Positions 1 through 10,389 are shown, numbered from the stretch's first letter. The stretch: 64,000 nucleotides of DNA from Sulfurimonas sp. (GCF_041583195.1 NZ_JBFHGL010000009.1:32481-96480), one strand, 5' to 3'. The notes: generated by a model from the sequence alone, not told the origin. A program made the numbers and translations.

Positions 1-438
1 TGGTTATTTATCCAAGGTATAGAGCACCTTGCTCTTCGTATGCGTGAACACTCTAAAAATGCACTTGAACTGGCTACATTTTTAGAAGCACATCCAAAAG
101 TAAAAAAAGTAAATTACCCTGGTCTAAAAAGCAATTCTAACTATGCAAATGCACAAAAATATTTTGAGGAAGGTCAATGTTCAGGACTTCTAAGTTTTGA
201 GGTTGAAGATATGGATACAGCTGAAAAAATTGTAAACGCTACTGAGCTTTACTCTTTAGTTGTAAATATTGGTGATTCTAAATCAATCATAACTCACCCT
301 GCTTCAACAACACATCAACAACTCTCTCAAGAAGAATTAGATGCTTGTGGTGTTCCTGCAGGACTTATTCGTATATCTTGTGGACTGGAGAGTTCAAAAG
401 ATCTAATTGAGGATATGAAACAAGCTTTAGAGGCTTAA
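1..438 (+). CDS. metY: O-acetylhomoserine sulfhydrylase / Cys-Met metabolism PLP enzyme (5'-truncated by window edge)
   Basis: Frame open from base 1 (WLFIQGIEHLALRMREH...); C-terminal motifs VNYPGL, NIGDSKS, HPASTTHQQL, GLIRISCGLE; lies directly upstream of metX. Confidence 0.8.
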   Translation, partial: WLFIQGIEHLALRMREHSKNALELATFLEAHPKVKKVNYPGLKSNSNYANAQKYFEEGQCSGLLSFEVEDMDTAEKIVNATELYSLVVNIGDSKSIITHPASTTHQQLSQEELDACGVPAGLIRISCGLESSKDLIEDMKQALEA

Positions 439-500
439 TATATTTATATTAAGCCATTTTCGCTAGAATAATAAAAAATATTTTTCAAAAAGCATAAAAT

Positions 501-1607
501 TTGGACTTAAACCTACAAACAAATACTGAACATTTTACAAATCCGCTTTACTTAGAGAGTGGACGTATTTTAGAGCCTTACGATATAACTTATGAGACTT
601 ACGGCGAGTTGAATGAGGACAAAAGTAATGTTATTGTGGTTTGTCATGCACTGACAGGTTCTCACCATGCAGCAGGTTTTTACGAAGAAGAAAGAAAGCC
701 AGGCTGGTGGGATGGACTTATCGGAAGTGGAAAAACTATAGATACAGACAAATATTTCGTAATTTGTACAAATGTTATAGGAAGCTGTTTTGGCTCAACC
801 GGTCCAATGAGTCCTAAACACCCTTATCATGAACCGTATCGTTATAAATTTCCGGTTGTAACCATAAAAGATATGGTAAAAGCTCAACGTATACTTTTTG
901 ATCGTTTAGATATTCATAGAGTAGAAGCTATTATCGGTGGAAGTATGGGTGGTATGCAGGCACTTCAGTTTGCTATTCACTATCCGAATTTTGCGAAAAA
1001 AATCATAGCACTTGCTACAACTTACGCTACTCAGCCTTGGGCTATTGCATTTAACAAAGTAGCCAGTGAATCAATTTTAAAAGATCCTGATTTTAAACAA
1101 GGTTATTATGATCCTGAAGTTATAAAAGAAAATGGTCTAAGCGGTATGGCAGTTGGGCGTATGGCTGGACATATTAGCTTTTTATCTCACGAGTCTATGG
1201 ATGAAAAATTTGGTCGTGAATATAAGAGAACTGATGGTTTATACGAGCTTTTCGGTAAGTTTCAGGTTGAGTCATACTTAGAGTACAACGGTTATAACTT
1301 TACTAAATGGTTTGATCCGTTAGCTTATCTGTACATTACAAAAGCTATCAATATCTATGATCTATCTCGTGGATTTGACTCATTAAGTGAAGCGTTGCAA
1401 AAAATCACTGCCGAGCTTTGTCTGATCAGCTTTAGTAACGATTTACTATTTAAAAGTGATGAGATGAAACATATTGATGACGTTTTAACGCAAAATGGAC
1501 AAAACAACCACAAATATATTGAGATACCTAGTGATTACGGACACGATGCATTTTTAGTTGAACTTGATAAGTTTCAACACTATATAAAGGATATGTTAGA
1601 TGGCTGA
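501..1607 (+). CDS. metX: Homoserine O-acetyltransferase
   Basis: CHALTGSHH, PGWWD, GGSMGGMQAL nucleophile elbow, GHDAFL; TTG start. Confidence 0.93.
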   Translation: MDLNLQTNTEHFTNPLYLESGRILEPYDITYETYGELNEDKSNVIVVCHALTGSHHAAGFYEEERKPGWWDGLIGSGKTIDTDKYFVICTNVIGSCFGSTGPMSPKHPYHEPYRYKFPVVTIKDMVKAQRILFDRLDIHRVEAIIGGSMGGMQALQFAIHYPNFAKKIIALATTYATQPWAIAFNKVASESILKDPDFKQGYYDPEVIKENGLSGMAVGRMAGHISFLSHESMDEKFGREYKRTDGLYELFGKFQVESYLEYNGYNFTKWFDPLAYLYITKAINIYDLSRGFDSLSEALQKITAELCLISFSNDLLFKSDEMKHIDDVLTQNGQNNHKYIEIPSDYGHDAFLVELDKFQHYIKDMLDG

Positions 1608-1791
1608 AGAAACAACAAACTTTGAGAGTAAACTTGAAAGTGCCAAAAAAACTCTGGAAATTCTTATGAACCCTGAGATAACTTTGCAAGATAGTGTTAA
1701 AGCATATGAAAAAGGTATAAAGGAGCTTCAAGACGCCCAAAAAATACTTGAAGACGCACAGATCAAAATAACAGAGATTAAGAACTCTTAA
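1600..1791 (+). CDS. xseB: Exodeoxyribonuclease VII small subunit
   Basis: 63 aa, pattern FE..L.....LE.L.NPEITLQDSVKAYEKG. Confidence 0.85.
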   Translation: MAEETTNFESKLESAKKTLEILMNPEITLQDSVKAYEKGIKELQDAQKILEDAQIKITEIKNS

Positions 1792-2579
1792 TGAAGGCCG
1801 CAGTACTACAACTGAGCTCACAAGGGATGAGTAGTACAAAACTTTATAACTACATCCGTATTGCAAATAAAAATGGGATCAAACTGCTCCTTTTAGGGGA
1901 GTATATACTAAACCCTTTTTTCAAAGAGCTTGAATCAATGAGCCTTAGCATGATAAAAGAACAGGAAGATTTCCAAGTCAAGATGCTTAAAGAGCTTTCA
2001 AAAACATATGCTATTACTATAGTAGCACCGATGGTTATTGTAAAAAAAGACAAAATCTATAAATGCGTTGTAAAATTTGCACCTAATTCAACATCCTACT
2101 ACCAACAACAACTTCTGATCAACTATCCGCACTGGAATGAAAAAAAATATTTTTCTAATGAAACAAAAGAGTTAAACTCACCTCTAGTGTTTACTATAGA
2201 TGGTTTTAAATTTGCAGTTATGAATGGTTTTGAAGTACATTTTGACGAGATGTTCGAAAAGTTAAAAGATAAAAATATAGACTGTCTTTTACTGCCAAGC
2301 GTTTCAACTTTTGATTCGTATGAACGTTGGAAAGCTCTTATACTCTCGCGTGCATTTACTCATAACATATATATTTTAAGAGCAAATAGAATCGGAGAGT
2401 ATGACGAAAAAGATCATACATGGAACTTTTACGGTGATTCACTTCTGGCATCTCCCGATGGTGAACTTTTGGAGCATTTAGGGAACAAAGAGGAGTTGAT
2501 GATAGTTGATATGAGTCACTCTGAAGTAGTTCAAGCAAAAAGAGTTTGGGGCTTTAAAGATAACATTTCCAAACTTTAA
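1791..2579 (+). CDS. Carbon-nitrogen hydrolase (nitrilase) fold protein with degenerate catalytic triad
   Basis: AAVLQL..LLLLGEY, RAFTHNIYILRANRIG, FYGDSLLASPDG; Gly at the Cys nucleophile position (NGFEVHF). Confidence 0.85.
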   Translation: MKAAVLQLSSQGMSSTKLYNYIRIANKNGIKLLLLGEYILNPFFKELESMSLSMIKEQEDFQVKMLKELSKTYAITIVAPMVIVKKDKIYKCVVKFAPNSTSYYQQQLLINYPHWNEKKYFSNETKELNSPLVFTIDGFKFAVMNGFEVHFDEMFEKLKDKNIDCLLLPSVSTFDSYERWKALILSRAFTHNIYILRANRIGEYDEKDHTWNFYGDSLLASPDGELLEHLGNKEELMIVDMSHSEVVQAKRVWGFKDNISKL

Positions 2580-2645
2580 AATTTTTAGATGTCGTATTAT
2601 AACTTTTTATGATATAATCACATTTTTATCACAAAAGGGTTTATC

Positions 2646-3317
2646 ATGATGCAATACTTTCATCGCCAGGTTCAACTGTGGGGAGAAGAGACACAATTAA
2701 AGCTTTTAAATAAAAAAATTGCCATAATCGGCTCAGGTGGACTTGGTAGTTCACTTGCATATGCACTTGGTGCCAGCGGCATCGGTGAGATCCATATGAT
2801 TGATTTTGATGAAGTAAGCATACATAACGTTCATCGTCAAATTGCATTTAAAGTCAAAGATGAAGGTAAAAATAAAGCAGAGATAAATGCCAAGATAATC
2901 GAACAAAGATGTCCATACGTAAAAGCATTCTCTCACAACTGTGATTTTAAAGCTTGGGCAGAAAAAAATATTGAAGTTGATCTTATAATAGATGCAACTG
3001 ACAACCTTCCTACACGTGCGGATATAAACACTTATGCAAAAAAGAAGAACTTACCATGGGTTTACGGCAGTGTTGAAGCTTTTCACGGTCAGGTTTGTTT
3101 TATAGAAGAATCATCATTTAGCGATGCCTTTAAAATAACAAATAAAACTCCTGCAGGGATAGCGGCCCCTATAGTTATGCATATTGCATCTCTTCAGGCA
3201 AACTTGGCACTTAGATATTTAGCCGGGCTTAGTGTTAAAAAAGATATGCTTTATTATCTACTTTTCAATGATGAAGGGGAATTGGTAACCCAAAAATTTG
3301 GATTACCTAAAAGTTAA
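2646..3317 (+). CDS. ThiF/MoeB/HesA-family adenylyltransferase
   Basis: FHRQVQL, IIGSGGLGS, DFDEVSIHNVHRQ, DATDN; no CxxC motifs. Confidence 0.85.
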   Translation: MMQYFHRQVQLWGEETQLKLLNKKIAIIGSGGLGSSLAYALGASGIGEIHMIDFDEVSIHNVHRQIAFKVKDEGKNKAEINAKIIEQRCPYVKAFSHNCDFKAWAEKNIEVDLIIDATDNLPTRADINTYAKKKNLPWVYGSVEAFHGQVCFIEESSFSDAFKITNKTPAGIAAPIVMHIASLQANLALRYLAGLSVKKDMLYYLLFNDEGELVTQKFGLPKS

Positions 3318-3318
3318 T

Positions 3319-3708
3319 TTAGAGTTTAGAAATATAGTTACTTATAATATTTATATCTACAGAATTTAGATCTTTTACCTGAACCCGCATCATACCTTTC
3401 ATATCTCCCCCATATGTTCCGTTTTGATAACCTTCTATTGCATTTGTTAACTTCTCAACACTCCACCCTTTTATAACCTGACTCTTTCCTAAAGCTTTTT
3501 GAGAAGCATCTTCACCGTGGCAAGACGTACATTTTGAAAACAGACTTTTTCCTGAAACAATTCTAACGGGAGCTATTGTACTTTTAATGCCTGTTGGTTC
3601 TTTCTCCTGTGTTTTAACACTCTCTTTTTCAGGCATTTTTTTAGTTTGCTCTTCAGCATTACATCCAACCAATAAAAAAGCTATTGATACAGCAATTAAA
3701 ATCTTCAT
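3319..3708 (-). CDS. Lipoprotein c-type cytochrome (c553-like)
   Basis: Lipobox LLVGC; heme motif CTSCH; distal Met region YGGDMKGMM. Confidence 0.85.
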   Translation of the reverse strand: MKILIAVSIAFLLVGCNAEEQTKKMPEKESVKTQEKEPTGIKSTIAPVRIVSGKSLFSKCTSCHGEDASQKALGKSQVIKGWSVEKLTNAIEGYQNGTYGGDMKGMMRVQVKDLNSVDINIISNYISKL

Positions 3709-4497
3709 CTAAAATCCTTTCTTATTTAACATAATCATTATCTTATCACTATCAAACTTTAAATTAAATGTCCATCTGACAAGTAGTATTAAAAACCATA
3801 AATATACAAGTGGAAATATGATCGTAGTTACGACAAACATTGTTATAAGTTTAATGACTTTTTTTGAAAAAACTTCCATCTTACGTTCAAACTTTTCCCA
3901 ATAACCATTTAGTTCCTCTTTGTCTTTTTGGATCTCTTCAAGATCATTTTTATAACTGCTTATAAACTTTGTGGAATTTGCATAATTTTCTGCATATAAG
4001 TTGTTATAAAAAGCTTCATTAACATAAACGAAAGTTACCGCACCAAAGCGTAAAACAAGAAGCAGTACAACAATTTTTAAAGAGAGAATAAAGGCGAATG
4101 AGTTGTGAATCTTTTTTACCCATATAAGCAAGAAAGTTATAACAAGACCAATTATTAAAACAGTTTTTAAAAAAAGTGTTTTTCCTAGTAACAACAGAAG
4201 ATGCTGAATACCTATAGATACAGATGAAGCAAGCATTATCCAAGAAAATCTCTCTACCATATCGTTTAAAGGATCAAGTATCTCTCCAAGTCCGACAGTA
4301 GCACCGACAAAAAAACTCACATTTATTTCAGAGCTTTGAATAACAGATATAACTGCGTTTAAACCCTTAGCTAGAGCAAATGAATAAACAGCCCGATCGA
4401 AGCTTTGATAGTATAGTTCCATCGCACTTTTATCTACTTCGAAAAACAGCGCAAACAAGGCTATAAGAACAAGTACAATACTCAAGAATATTTTCAT
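3709..4497 (-). CDS. Hypothetical integral membrane protein
   Basis: Several hydrophobic segments; ATG at 4497 follows an AAGGG SD (ORF track extends to 4545). Confidence 0.7.
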   Translation of the reverse strand: MKIFLSIVLVLIALFALFFEVDKSAMELYYQSFDRAVYSFALAKGLNAVISVIQSSEINVSFFVGATVGLGEILDPLNDMVERFSWIMLASSVSIGIQHLLLLLGKTLFLKTVLIIGLVITFLLIWVKKIHNSFAFILSLKIVVLLLVLRFGAVTFVYVNEAFYNNLYAENYANSTKFISSYKNDLEEIQKDKEELNGYWEKFERKMEVFSKKVIKLITMFVVTTIIFPLVYLWFLILLVRWTFNLKFDSDKIMIMLNKKGF

Positions 4498-4557
4498 TAA
4501 ACTCACCCTTATTAATTTTGGATATAATTGCATCAATTTAAACACAAGTAAATTAAG

Positions 4558-5697
4558 ATGAACTTTGAACCATATCCATTTGAAAAATTAAACAATTTAT
4601 TGTTAAACATTATACCAAATAAAAATTATGAGCCTAGTATTTTAACTATCGGTGAACCTCAATTTGAAACGCCTCAGTTTATACAGGATTCATTGTCAAA
4701 CAATACAAGTTTATTAAAAAAATATCCAAAGACAAGCGGTGAAGCTGATCTTAGAGATGCTCAAATCGAATTTGTAAAAACACGTTTTGGCGTTGAACTT
4801 AAAGATGAACAAATAATCCCTACTTTTGGAACACGTGAAGTACTTTTTAACTTTCCACAGTTTTTACTTTTTGATATAAAAGAGCCTACTATGGCTTTTA
4901 CAAATCCGTTTTATCAGATCTATGAAGGTGCGGCTATTGCTTCACGTGCAAACATAATTCACATAAATCTAAATGAGCAAAACAATTTTAAAGCTGAGAT
5001 AGACGAAGATGTATTGGCTAAGTGCGATCTGGTTATTATAAACTTTCCAAACAATCCTACAAGCTCTGTTTTAACATTAGATGAACTAGCTCAGTGGGTT
5101 AAGATGGCACTAAAACACAACTTTATACTTTTAAATGATGAGTGTTATTCTGAAATCTATACAGGTGAGAAAATTCCTTCATTACTTGAAGCTTCTGTTC
5201 ATGCAGGTAATCCAGAGTTTAAAAATACACTTGTAATCAACTCTATCTCAAAACGCTCATCTGCACCGGGGCTTAGAAACGGTTTCATTGCAGGTGATGA
5301 AGAGATCTTAAAAGAGTATATGAAATACCGTACATACATAGGTTGTGCAGCACCTCTACCACTTCAAAGTGCGGCAGCTGAAGCTTGGAGAGATGAAGAG
5401 CATGTAGCTCAGGCAAGAGAGGTATATAAAAACAATTTTAAATTGGCTAAAGAGATCTTAGATATTGATATGCCAGAAGCTACATTTTATATATGGCTGA
5501 AAGTTGACGATGCTATAGAGTTTACTAAGAAGTTATATGAAAAATACAATGTTAAAGTTCTTCCAGGTGAATACCTTGCCCGTACAGACGTAAACGGTGA
5601 AAATCCTGGTATTGGTTATGTACGTATAGCTTTGGTTGAAAATGAAGAAAAAACAAAAGATGCACTAAATAGAATTAAGGAATGTATAAATGGCTAA
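4558..5697 (+). CDS. dapC: Succinyldiaminopimelate aminotransferase (class I/II PLP)
   Basis: FEPYPFEKL, LTIGEPQF, NFPNNPT, NDECYSEIY, SISKRSSAPGLR. Confidence 0.88.
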   Translation: MNFEPYPFEKLNNLLLNIIPNKNYEPSILTIGEPQFETPQFIQDSLSNNTSLLKKYPKTSGEADLRDAQIEFVKTRFGVELKDEQIIPTFGTREVLFNFPQFLLFDIKEPTMAFTNPFYQIYEGAAIASRANIIHINLNEQNNFKAEIDEDVLAKCDLVIINFPNNPTSSVLTLDELAQWVKMALKHNFILLNDECYSEIYTGEKIPSLLEASVHAGNPEFKNTLVINSISKRSSAPGLRNGFIAGDEEILKEYMKYRTYIGCAAPLPLQSAAAEAWRDEEHVAQAREVYKNNFKLAKEILDIDMPEATFYIWLKVDDAIEFTKKLYEKYNVKVLPGEYLARTDVNGENPGIGYVRIALVENEEKTKDALNRIKECING

Positions 5698-6211
5698 TCC
5701 CGATAAAAAAGTTGAAGAGTTAAAAGAAAAAATCTTAAGTGCTCAAAAAAACGGGGATATAGCTTCACTTTATATTCTAGAACATGATGCAAACGAACTT
5801 TTAGCAGAAGAAGTTCTTCATGGTTATTATCAAAATATTTTAGATCTTGCTTTAGAGAGACTTACCCAAACACTTGAAGCTCACGTGAGAATGGATATGC
5901 AGGAGGTGCAAGACTTTGCAACTGTTCGCGCACTTTATGAATATGCAGTTGAGAACTATAGTGCAGGCTCTGCCAAAGATGCTGCAGCACTTTTTGAAGT
6001 TCTAGCAGGTCTTACAAACGATCAAAAATTCTCAGATGCACTTAAAATGCACTGGGCAGCGGCAGGTGAAGGAATTTCACTGGAAAACTTTATAGATAAA
6101 ATTGCCGATGTTAATGCTACTCAAGCGGCCGGAACTTTTTATATAAGTGCTTTTACAAATGAGGCACAGAAGTTGCTAGATAAGTCTCAAACAACAGAGG
6201 ACGACGAATGA
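5690..6211 (+). CDS. Hypothetical alpha-helical protein
   Basis: 173 aa ORF overlapping dapC stop and murC start; no recognised motif. Confidence 0.7.
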   Translation: MANPDKKVEELKEKILSAQKNGDIASLYILEHDANELLAEEVLHGYYQNILDLALERLTQTLEAHVRMDMQEVQDFATVRALYEYAVENYSAGSAKDAAALFEVLAGLTNDQKFSDALKMHWAAAGEGISLENFIDKIADVNATQAAGTFYISAFTNEAQKLLDKSQTTEDDE

Positions 6212-7521
6212 AAATACACTTTATTGGAATAGGCGGTATTGGAATTTCTGGTCTGGCGCAATATATGCGTTTTCAAGGTCATGAAGTAAGTGGATCTGAT
6301 ATAAGTGATACAAAAATAACTAAAAAATTACGCTCACTTGGAATAGAAGTTACTGTTCCTCACTCTGCAGATGCGATTAAAGACCAAGACTTGGTTATCC
6401 ACTCTGCAATAATTCGTCCTGATAATCCAGAGATTATAGCTGCCAATAAAAAAGGCATTAAAGTTCTAGCACGTCGCGAAGCATTAAAAGATATACTAGC
6501 TGATAGAAAAGTATACTCTGTAGCAGGTGCTCACGGGAAAAGTACTACTACGGCAATTTTAGCTTCTATTATGTGTGGTTCATCTATCATCGGTGCTGAA
6601 TCAAAATCATTCGGATCAAATGTTCGTTATGAAGAAGATAACAATGTCATGATCTTTGAAGCTGATGAGAGTGACGGAAGCTTTTTAAACTCAAATCCTT
6701 ACTGTTCAATAGTTATAAACGCAGAACCTGAACACATGGAATATTATGACTATAACTATGACAGATTTTATGATTCATATAAAACATTTATAAAATCAGC
6801 AAAATGTCGTGTATTAAATGCAGAAGATCCTTTTTTAAGTTCACTTGTACATGAGATAGATGCTGCATGGTTATACCCGAGTAAAGATATAACAAATATA
6901 GAATATGTTTTAAAAGATGATGAACCACATACTCGTTTTACTCTTAAAAATCTAGGAACTTTTGAAGTTTGGGGCTTTGGAAAACATATAGCGCTAGATG
7001 CATCGTTAGCTATTTTAGCTGCACACGAATCTATGGATATTGAAGAGATAAGAGAGAACCTTTTAAAATTTAAAGGGATCAAAAAACGTTTTGACATTGT
7101 TGGAAGTGAACTTAACAGTGTAATTATTGATGATTACGGTCATCATCCAACTGAGATCAAAGCGACATTCAACTCTGTAAAAGAGTATGCTATGCTTAAA
7201 GGTTTTAGTAAAATCACAGCTATTTGGCAACCACATAAATACTCTCGTACTATCGATAATTTAGAAGAGTTTACAAAATGTTTTGAAGGTGCAGATGAGC
7301 TTATTATCCTACCTGTTTGGTCAGCGGGTGAAGCTACACGCGATATAGACTTTATAAAAGAATTTTCAAAGTACAACCTTACAATGGCCGACAATATAAA
7401 ACGTGCGAACAACAACATAACTATAGTTAAAGACAAAGAAGATTTAAAAACTCTAAATGACGGTCTAATAATAGGTTTTGGTGCAGGTGATATTACCTAC
7501 CAAATTAGAGGTGCAGGTTAA
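6208..7521 (+). CDS. murC: UDP-N-acetylmuramate--L-alanine ligase
   Basis: IHFIGIGGIGISGLA, GAHGKSTTT, EADESD, DDYGHHPTEI, WQPHKYSR. Confidence 0.95.
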   Translation: MKIHFIGIGGIGISGLAQYMRFQGHEVSGSDISDTKITKKLRSLGIEVTVPHSADAIKDQDLVIHSAIIRPDNPEIIAANKKGIKVLARREALKDILADRKVYSVAGAHGKSTTTAILASIMCGSSIIGAESKSFGSNVRYEEDNNVMIFEADESDGSFLNSNPYCSIVINAEPEHMEYYDYNYDRFYDSYKTFIKSAKCRVLNAEDPFLSSLVHEIDAAWLYPSKDITNIEYVLKDDEPHTRFTLKNLGTFEVWGFGKHIALDASLAILAAHESMDIEEIRENLLKFKGIKKRFDIVGSELNSVIIDDYGHHPTEIKATFNSVKEYAMLKGFSKITAIWQPHKYSRTIDNLEEFTKCFEGADELIILPVWSAGEATRDIDFIKEFSKYNLTMADNIKRANNNITIVKDKEDLKTLNDGLIIGFGAGDITYQIRGAG

Positions 7522-9119
7522 TTATAACCTTCTATATCCTCTAATAATTTGTCATTATCTAAATGACTTAACACCCTTGTATCAAAAGCTTCGAAACTTT
7601 CCCCTGCTTCTCTTAAACTTTGATACATACGCAAAATTTTTTTCACTTTATATTTAGCATCACTCAAAGGTACAGATTTATATATAACTCTTGCTTCTTT
7701 TGCTTCAAAAGAAGCTTTTCCACCTAAAAGTATATGCACACCATAACATGTTTCCCCATTTTCATCTTTGGCTTTACATCCTTCAAAACCAATATCTGCA
7801 ATACCGTGAATTCCACATCCTTTTGGGCATGCAGACCAGTACATTCTTACCTTTGCGTCCTCTAGTGGTACCTCCTTATTTAAAAATTCTGCCATCTCTA
7901 TAGCATCTGGTTTATTTGGAATTACACCAAAAGCACATGTTGCAGTACCTGCACAAGCCACCTGATTTACAAAGTAAGTATTCTGATAATTTGAATATTT
8001 TGCATATATATCACTTTGTTTTAAAGCATATATATACATATCGCTACAAACTATGTAAAAACTTTGCTCAACAGATAGTCGTATTTGAGCCCCCATAGGT
8101 TTTGAAAGTTCTGCAACTCTTATAAGATCAGATCCTGAGAAAATACCAGATGGAATACTAAATAAAAGTGCAGACTTATTATCTTTGAGTTTAGTAGCTC
8201 CACTTTGAGGAACTTTATGTTCGTTCTCTAATAATAATTCTCCTGAATTATCTAGTTTTGCTTTAGTTGTTTTAATTATTGCATCTCTAAATGCTTCCAT
8301 TCCAACAGCCTCGATCAAAAAGTGCAGGCGGTTTTTGTTTCTGTTATCTCTAAAACCAAACTCTCTGAATAGATTTATTACAGATATATACACCTCTTTT
8401 ACATCATCTACATTAACGAATAGACCACTATCTTCTGCCTGCATACCAACTCGACCACCAAGGTAAAAATTAAAACCTATTTTGTCATCTTTTTTAGCTA
8501 GTATAAAACAGCAATCATGTCCAAAAATATTACAGTCATTTGTTTTTGTACCAAGTATTGCGGTATTAAACTTACGAGGAAGTACACTATTCCATTCCTC
8601 TTTTTTCAAAAATATACTTTGCAGATCTTCTATAATTGGCATACATTCAATTATAGAATCTTCGCTTAGCCCATCAAAAGAAGATGTGACTATATTTCTA
8701 AAGTTATCAACCCCTGTTTGAAATGTTGTTATCCCTACAGAATCTAATTTAGTTAAAACAGTATATAGGTTCTCAAACTTTATGAATCTCAGTTCTATTT
8801 GCTGACGTGTAGTTATATCTATGTAATCTTCACCAAACTCTTTAGATATCTCACCTATCATTAGAGCTTGTTCAATATTTAGCTGACCAGCTGGAATACG
8901 AACACGTATCATAAACTTGCCATCACCCTTATCGAAGAGTCCAAAGCATTTTAAAAAGTACTTGCTATCTTCATCTTTTAGATTCTCATAACCAGACTCA
9001 CAAATAGTTTTTAAATTCTTATAAATACTAGTAGGTGTTTTTAACTTTTTAATCTGCTCAATTTTATTTTCTTTTTTACTTCTAGCTTGATAAGCATCAT
9101 GCAATTTTTGCATTTTCAT
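7518..9119 (-). CDS. nirA: Ferredoxin-nitrite reductase (siroheme, 4Fe-4S)
   Basis: MIRVRIPAG, DITTRQQIE, LPRKFNTA, ACAGTATCAFG and SACPKGCG cysteine motifs; in nitrate cluster. Confidence 0.88.
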   Translation of the reverse strand: MKMQKLHDAYQARSKKENKIEQIKKLKTPTSIYKNLKTICESGYENLKDEDSKYFLKCFGLFDKGDGKFMIRVRIPAGQLNIEQALMIGEISKEFGEDYIDITTRQQIELRFIKFENLYTVLTKLDSVGITTFQTGVDNFRNIVTSSFDGLSEDSIIECMPIIEDLQSIFLKKEEWNSVLPRKFNTAILGTKTNDCNIFGHDCCFILAKKDDKIGFNFYLGGRVGMQAEDSGLFVNVDDVKEVYISVINLFREFGFRDNRNKNRLHFLIEAVGMEAFRDAIIKTTKAKLDNSGELLLENEHKVPQSGATKLKDNKSALLFSIPSGIFSGSDLIRVAELSKPMGAQIRLSVEQSFYIVCSDMYIYALKQSDIYAKYSNYQNTYFVNQVACAGTATCAFGVIPNKPDAIEMAEFLNKEVPLEDAKVRMYWSACPKGCGIHGIADIGFEGCKAKDENGETCYGVHILLGGKASFEAKEARVIYKSVPLSDAKYKVKKILRMYQSLREAGESFEAFDTRVLSHLDNDKLLEDIEGYN

Positions 9120-10389
9120 TCTCCATCTTTATTTCATACTGAGGTAATACACTATGTAAATTAACTACATCACCAAAAACAATTATTCCAGGTCTTGGTG
9201 CATCTAATGCTGCTTTTGGTAAATCTTTTAGAGTAGTTATTACTCTACTCTGATTTGGTCTTGAAGCATTAGAAATAATAGCCGTAGGCATATTTTCATC
9301 TATTCCCTCTTTAAGTGCATATTCGACTATCTCATCTGCACGTGATAGTCCCATAAGAACTATAGTCGTGTGATTCTTTATCTTCAGCAGATCTATCCAC
9401 TGAGTATTAATTCTGTTTCCAGCCAAATGAGCAGATACAATTGATAAGTTTGTTGCATATCCTCTTGCTGTTGGAGCAATACCAGCACTAAGAGGACCAG
9501 CAATAGCTGAAGATATACCAGGTATGACATCTACACGAATCTGCTCTTTTATCAAAGCCTGAGCTTCCTCTGCCCCACGACCAAATATATATGGATCACC
9601 TGCTTTTAATCTAGCTACAGTTAGACCTTTAGATGCATAATCTATAAGCATCTCATTTATCTTCTCTTGTTTGACACTGTGTGAACCCTTTTCTTTACCC
9701 ACATTTATTTTCATCGTGTCTTTTGGGATTATCTCTTTTATCTCTTCGCTTATTAAGTGGTCAATAAATACAACATCAGCCTCTTGTATAGTTTTATATG
9801 CTTTAATAGTAAGCAGATCAACATCACCTGTACCGCAACCTACAAGTGTTACTTTTCCAAGCATTTTATTTGCTTTTTGTTTTGCTTTTTTTATATCTAT
9901 TATCCCGCTATCACGCTCGTTTTTGAGTTCAGTGTTTAGATTCTCAAGCTCTTTTGGAAGAACTCTTTTTATCTTATCTCTTACAGACTTAGCAAGTGTC
10001 GGGCTTGCACCTGCTGATGATACTGCAACCTTTAATGCACCGTATTCTATAAGTGCTGCAAAGAAAAAATCACAAACTTCTGGGACATCTACACAGTTAT
10101 ATAAAAAATTCTTTTTGTGTTTATGTGCCAAAAGTCTATTCATTACATCTTTTGAACCAGTAGCATCAACTACGATACTATATGATTCAATATCTTCTAT
10201 CTCAAAATATTTTTGAGTCTTTGAAACCTTAATATTTTCGAATTCTTTGATATATTCAGAAGATACACATGAAAACTTCACTGAGTTTCTCTGCATTACC
10301 TCTGCTTTTTGTAGTGCTACTTTTCCACCCCCAATTAAGATAATTTTTTGGTTTTTTAAAACGATTGGTAATGTAGTATACTTCATCAT
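9097..10389 (-). CDS. cysG: Siroheme synthase (precorrin-2 dehydrogenase + uroporphyrinogen-III methyltransferase)
   Basis: N-terminal IGGGKVA..K, SSAGASPTLA; C-terminal LVGCGTGDVDLLT, RLKAGDPYIFGRGAEE. Confidence 0.9.
   Translation of the reverse strand: MMKYTTLPIVLKNQKIILIGGGKVALQKAEVMQRNSVKFSCVSSEYIKEFENIKVSKTQKYFEIEDIESYSIVVDATGSKDVMNRLLAHKHKKNFLYNCVDVPEVCDFFFAALIEYGALKVAVSSAGASPTLAKSVRDKIKRVLPKELENLNTELKNERDSGIIDIKKAKQKANKMLGKVTLVGCGTGDVDLLTIKAYKTIQEADVVFIDHLISEEIKEIIPKDTMKINVGKEKGSHSVKQEKINEMLIDYASKGLTVARLKAGDPYIFGRGAEEAQALIKEQIRVDVIPGISSAIAGPLSAGIAPTARGYATNLSIVSAHLAGNRINTQWIDLLKIKNHTTIVLMGLSRADEIVEYALKEGIDENMPTAIISNASRPNQSRVITTLKDLPKAALDAPRPGIIVFGDVVNLHSVLPQYEIKMENENAKIA

Noticed and set aside
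439-503. Possible riboswitch or attenuator for met genes; metX TTG start lacks an SD
   Set aside because: The gap is only 62 AT-rich bases with no SAM-riboswitch helices; the metY leader is outside the window.
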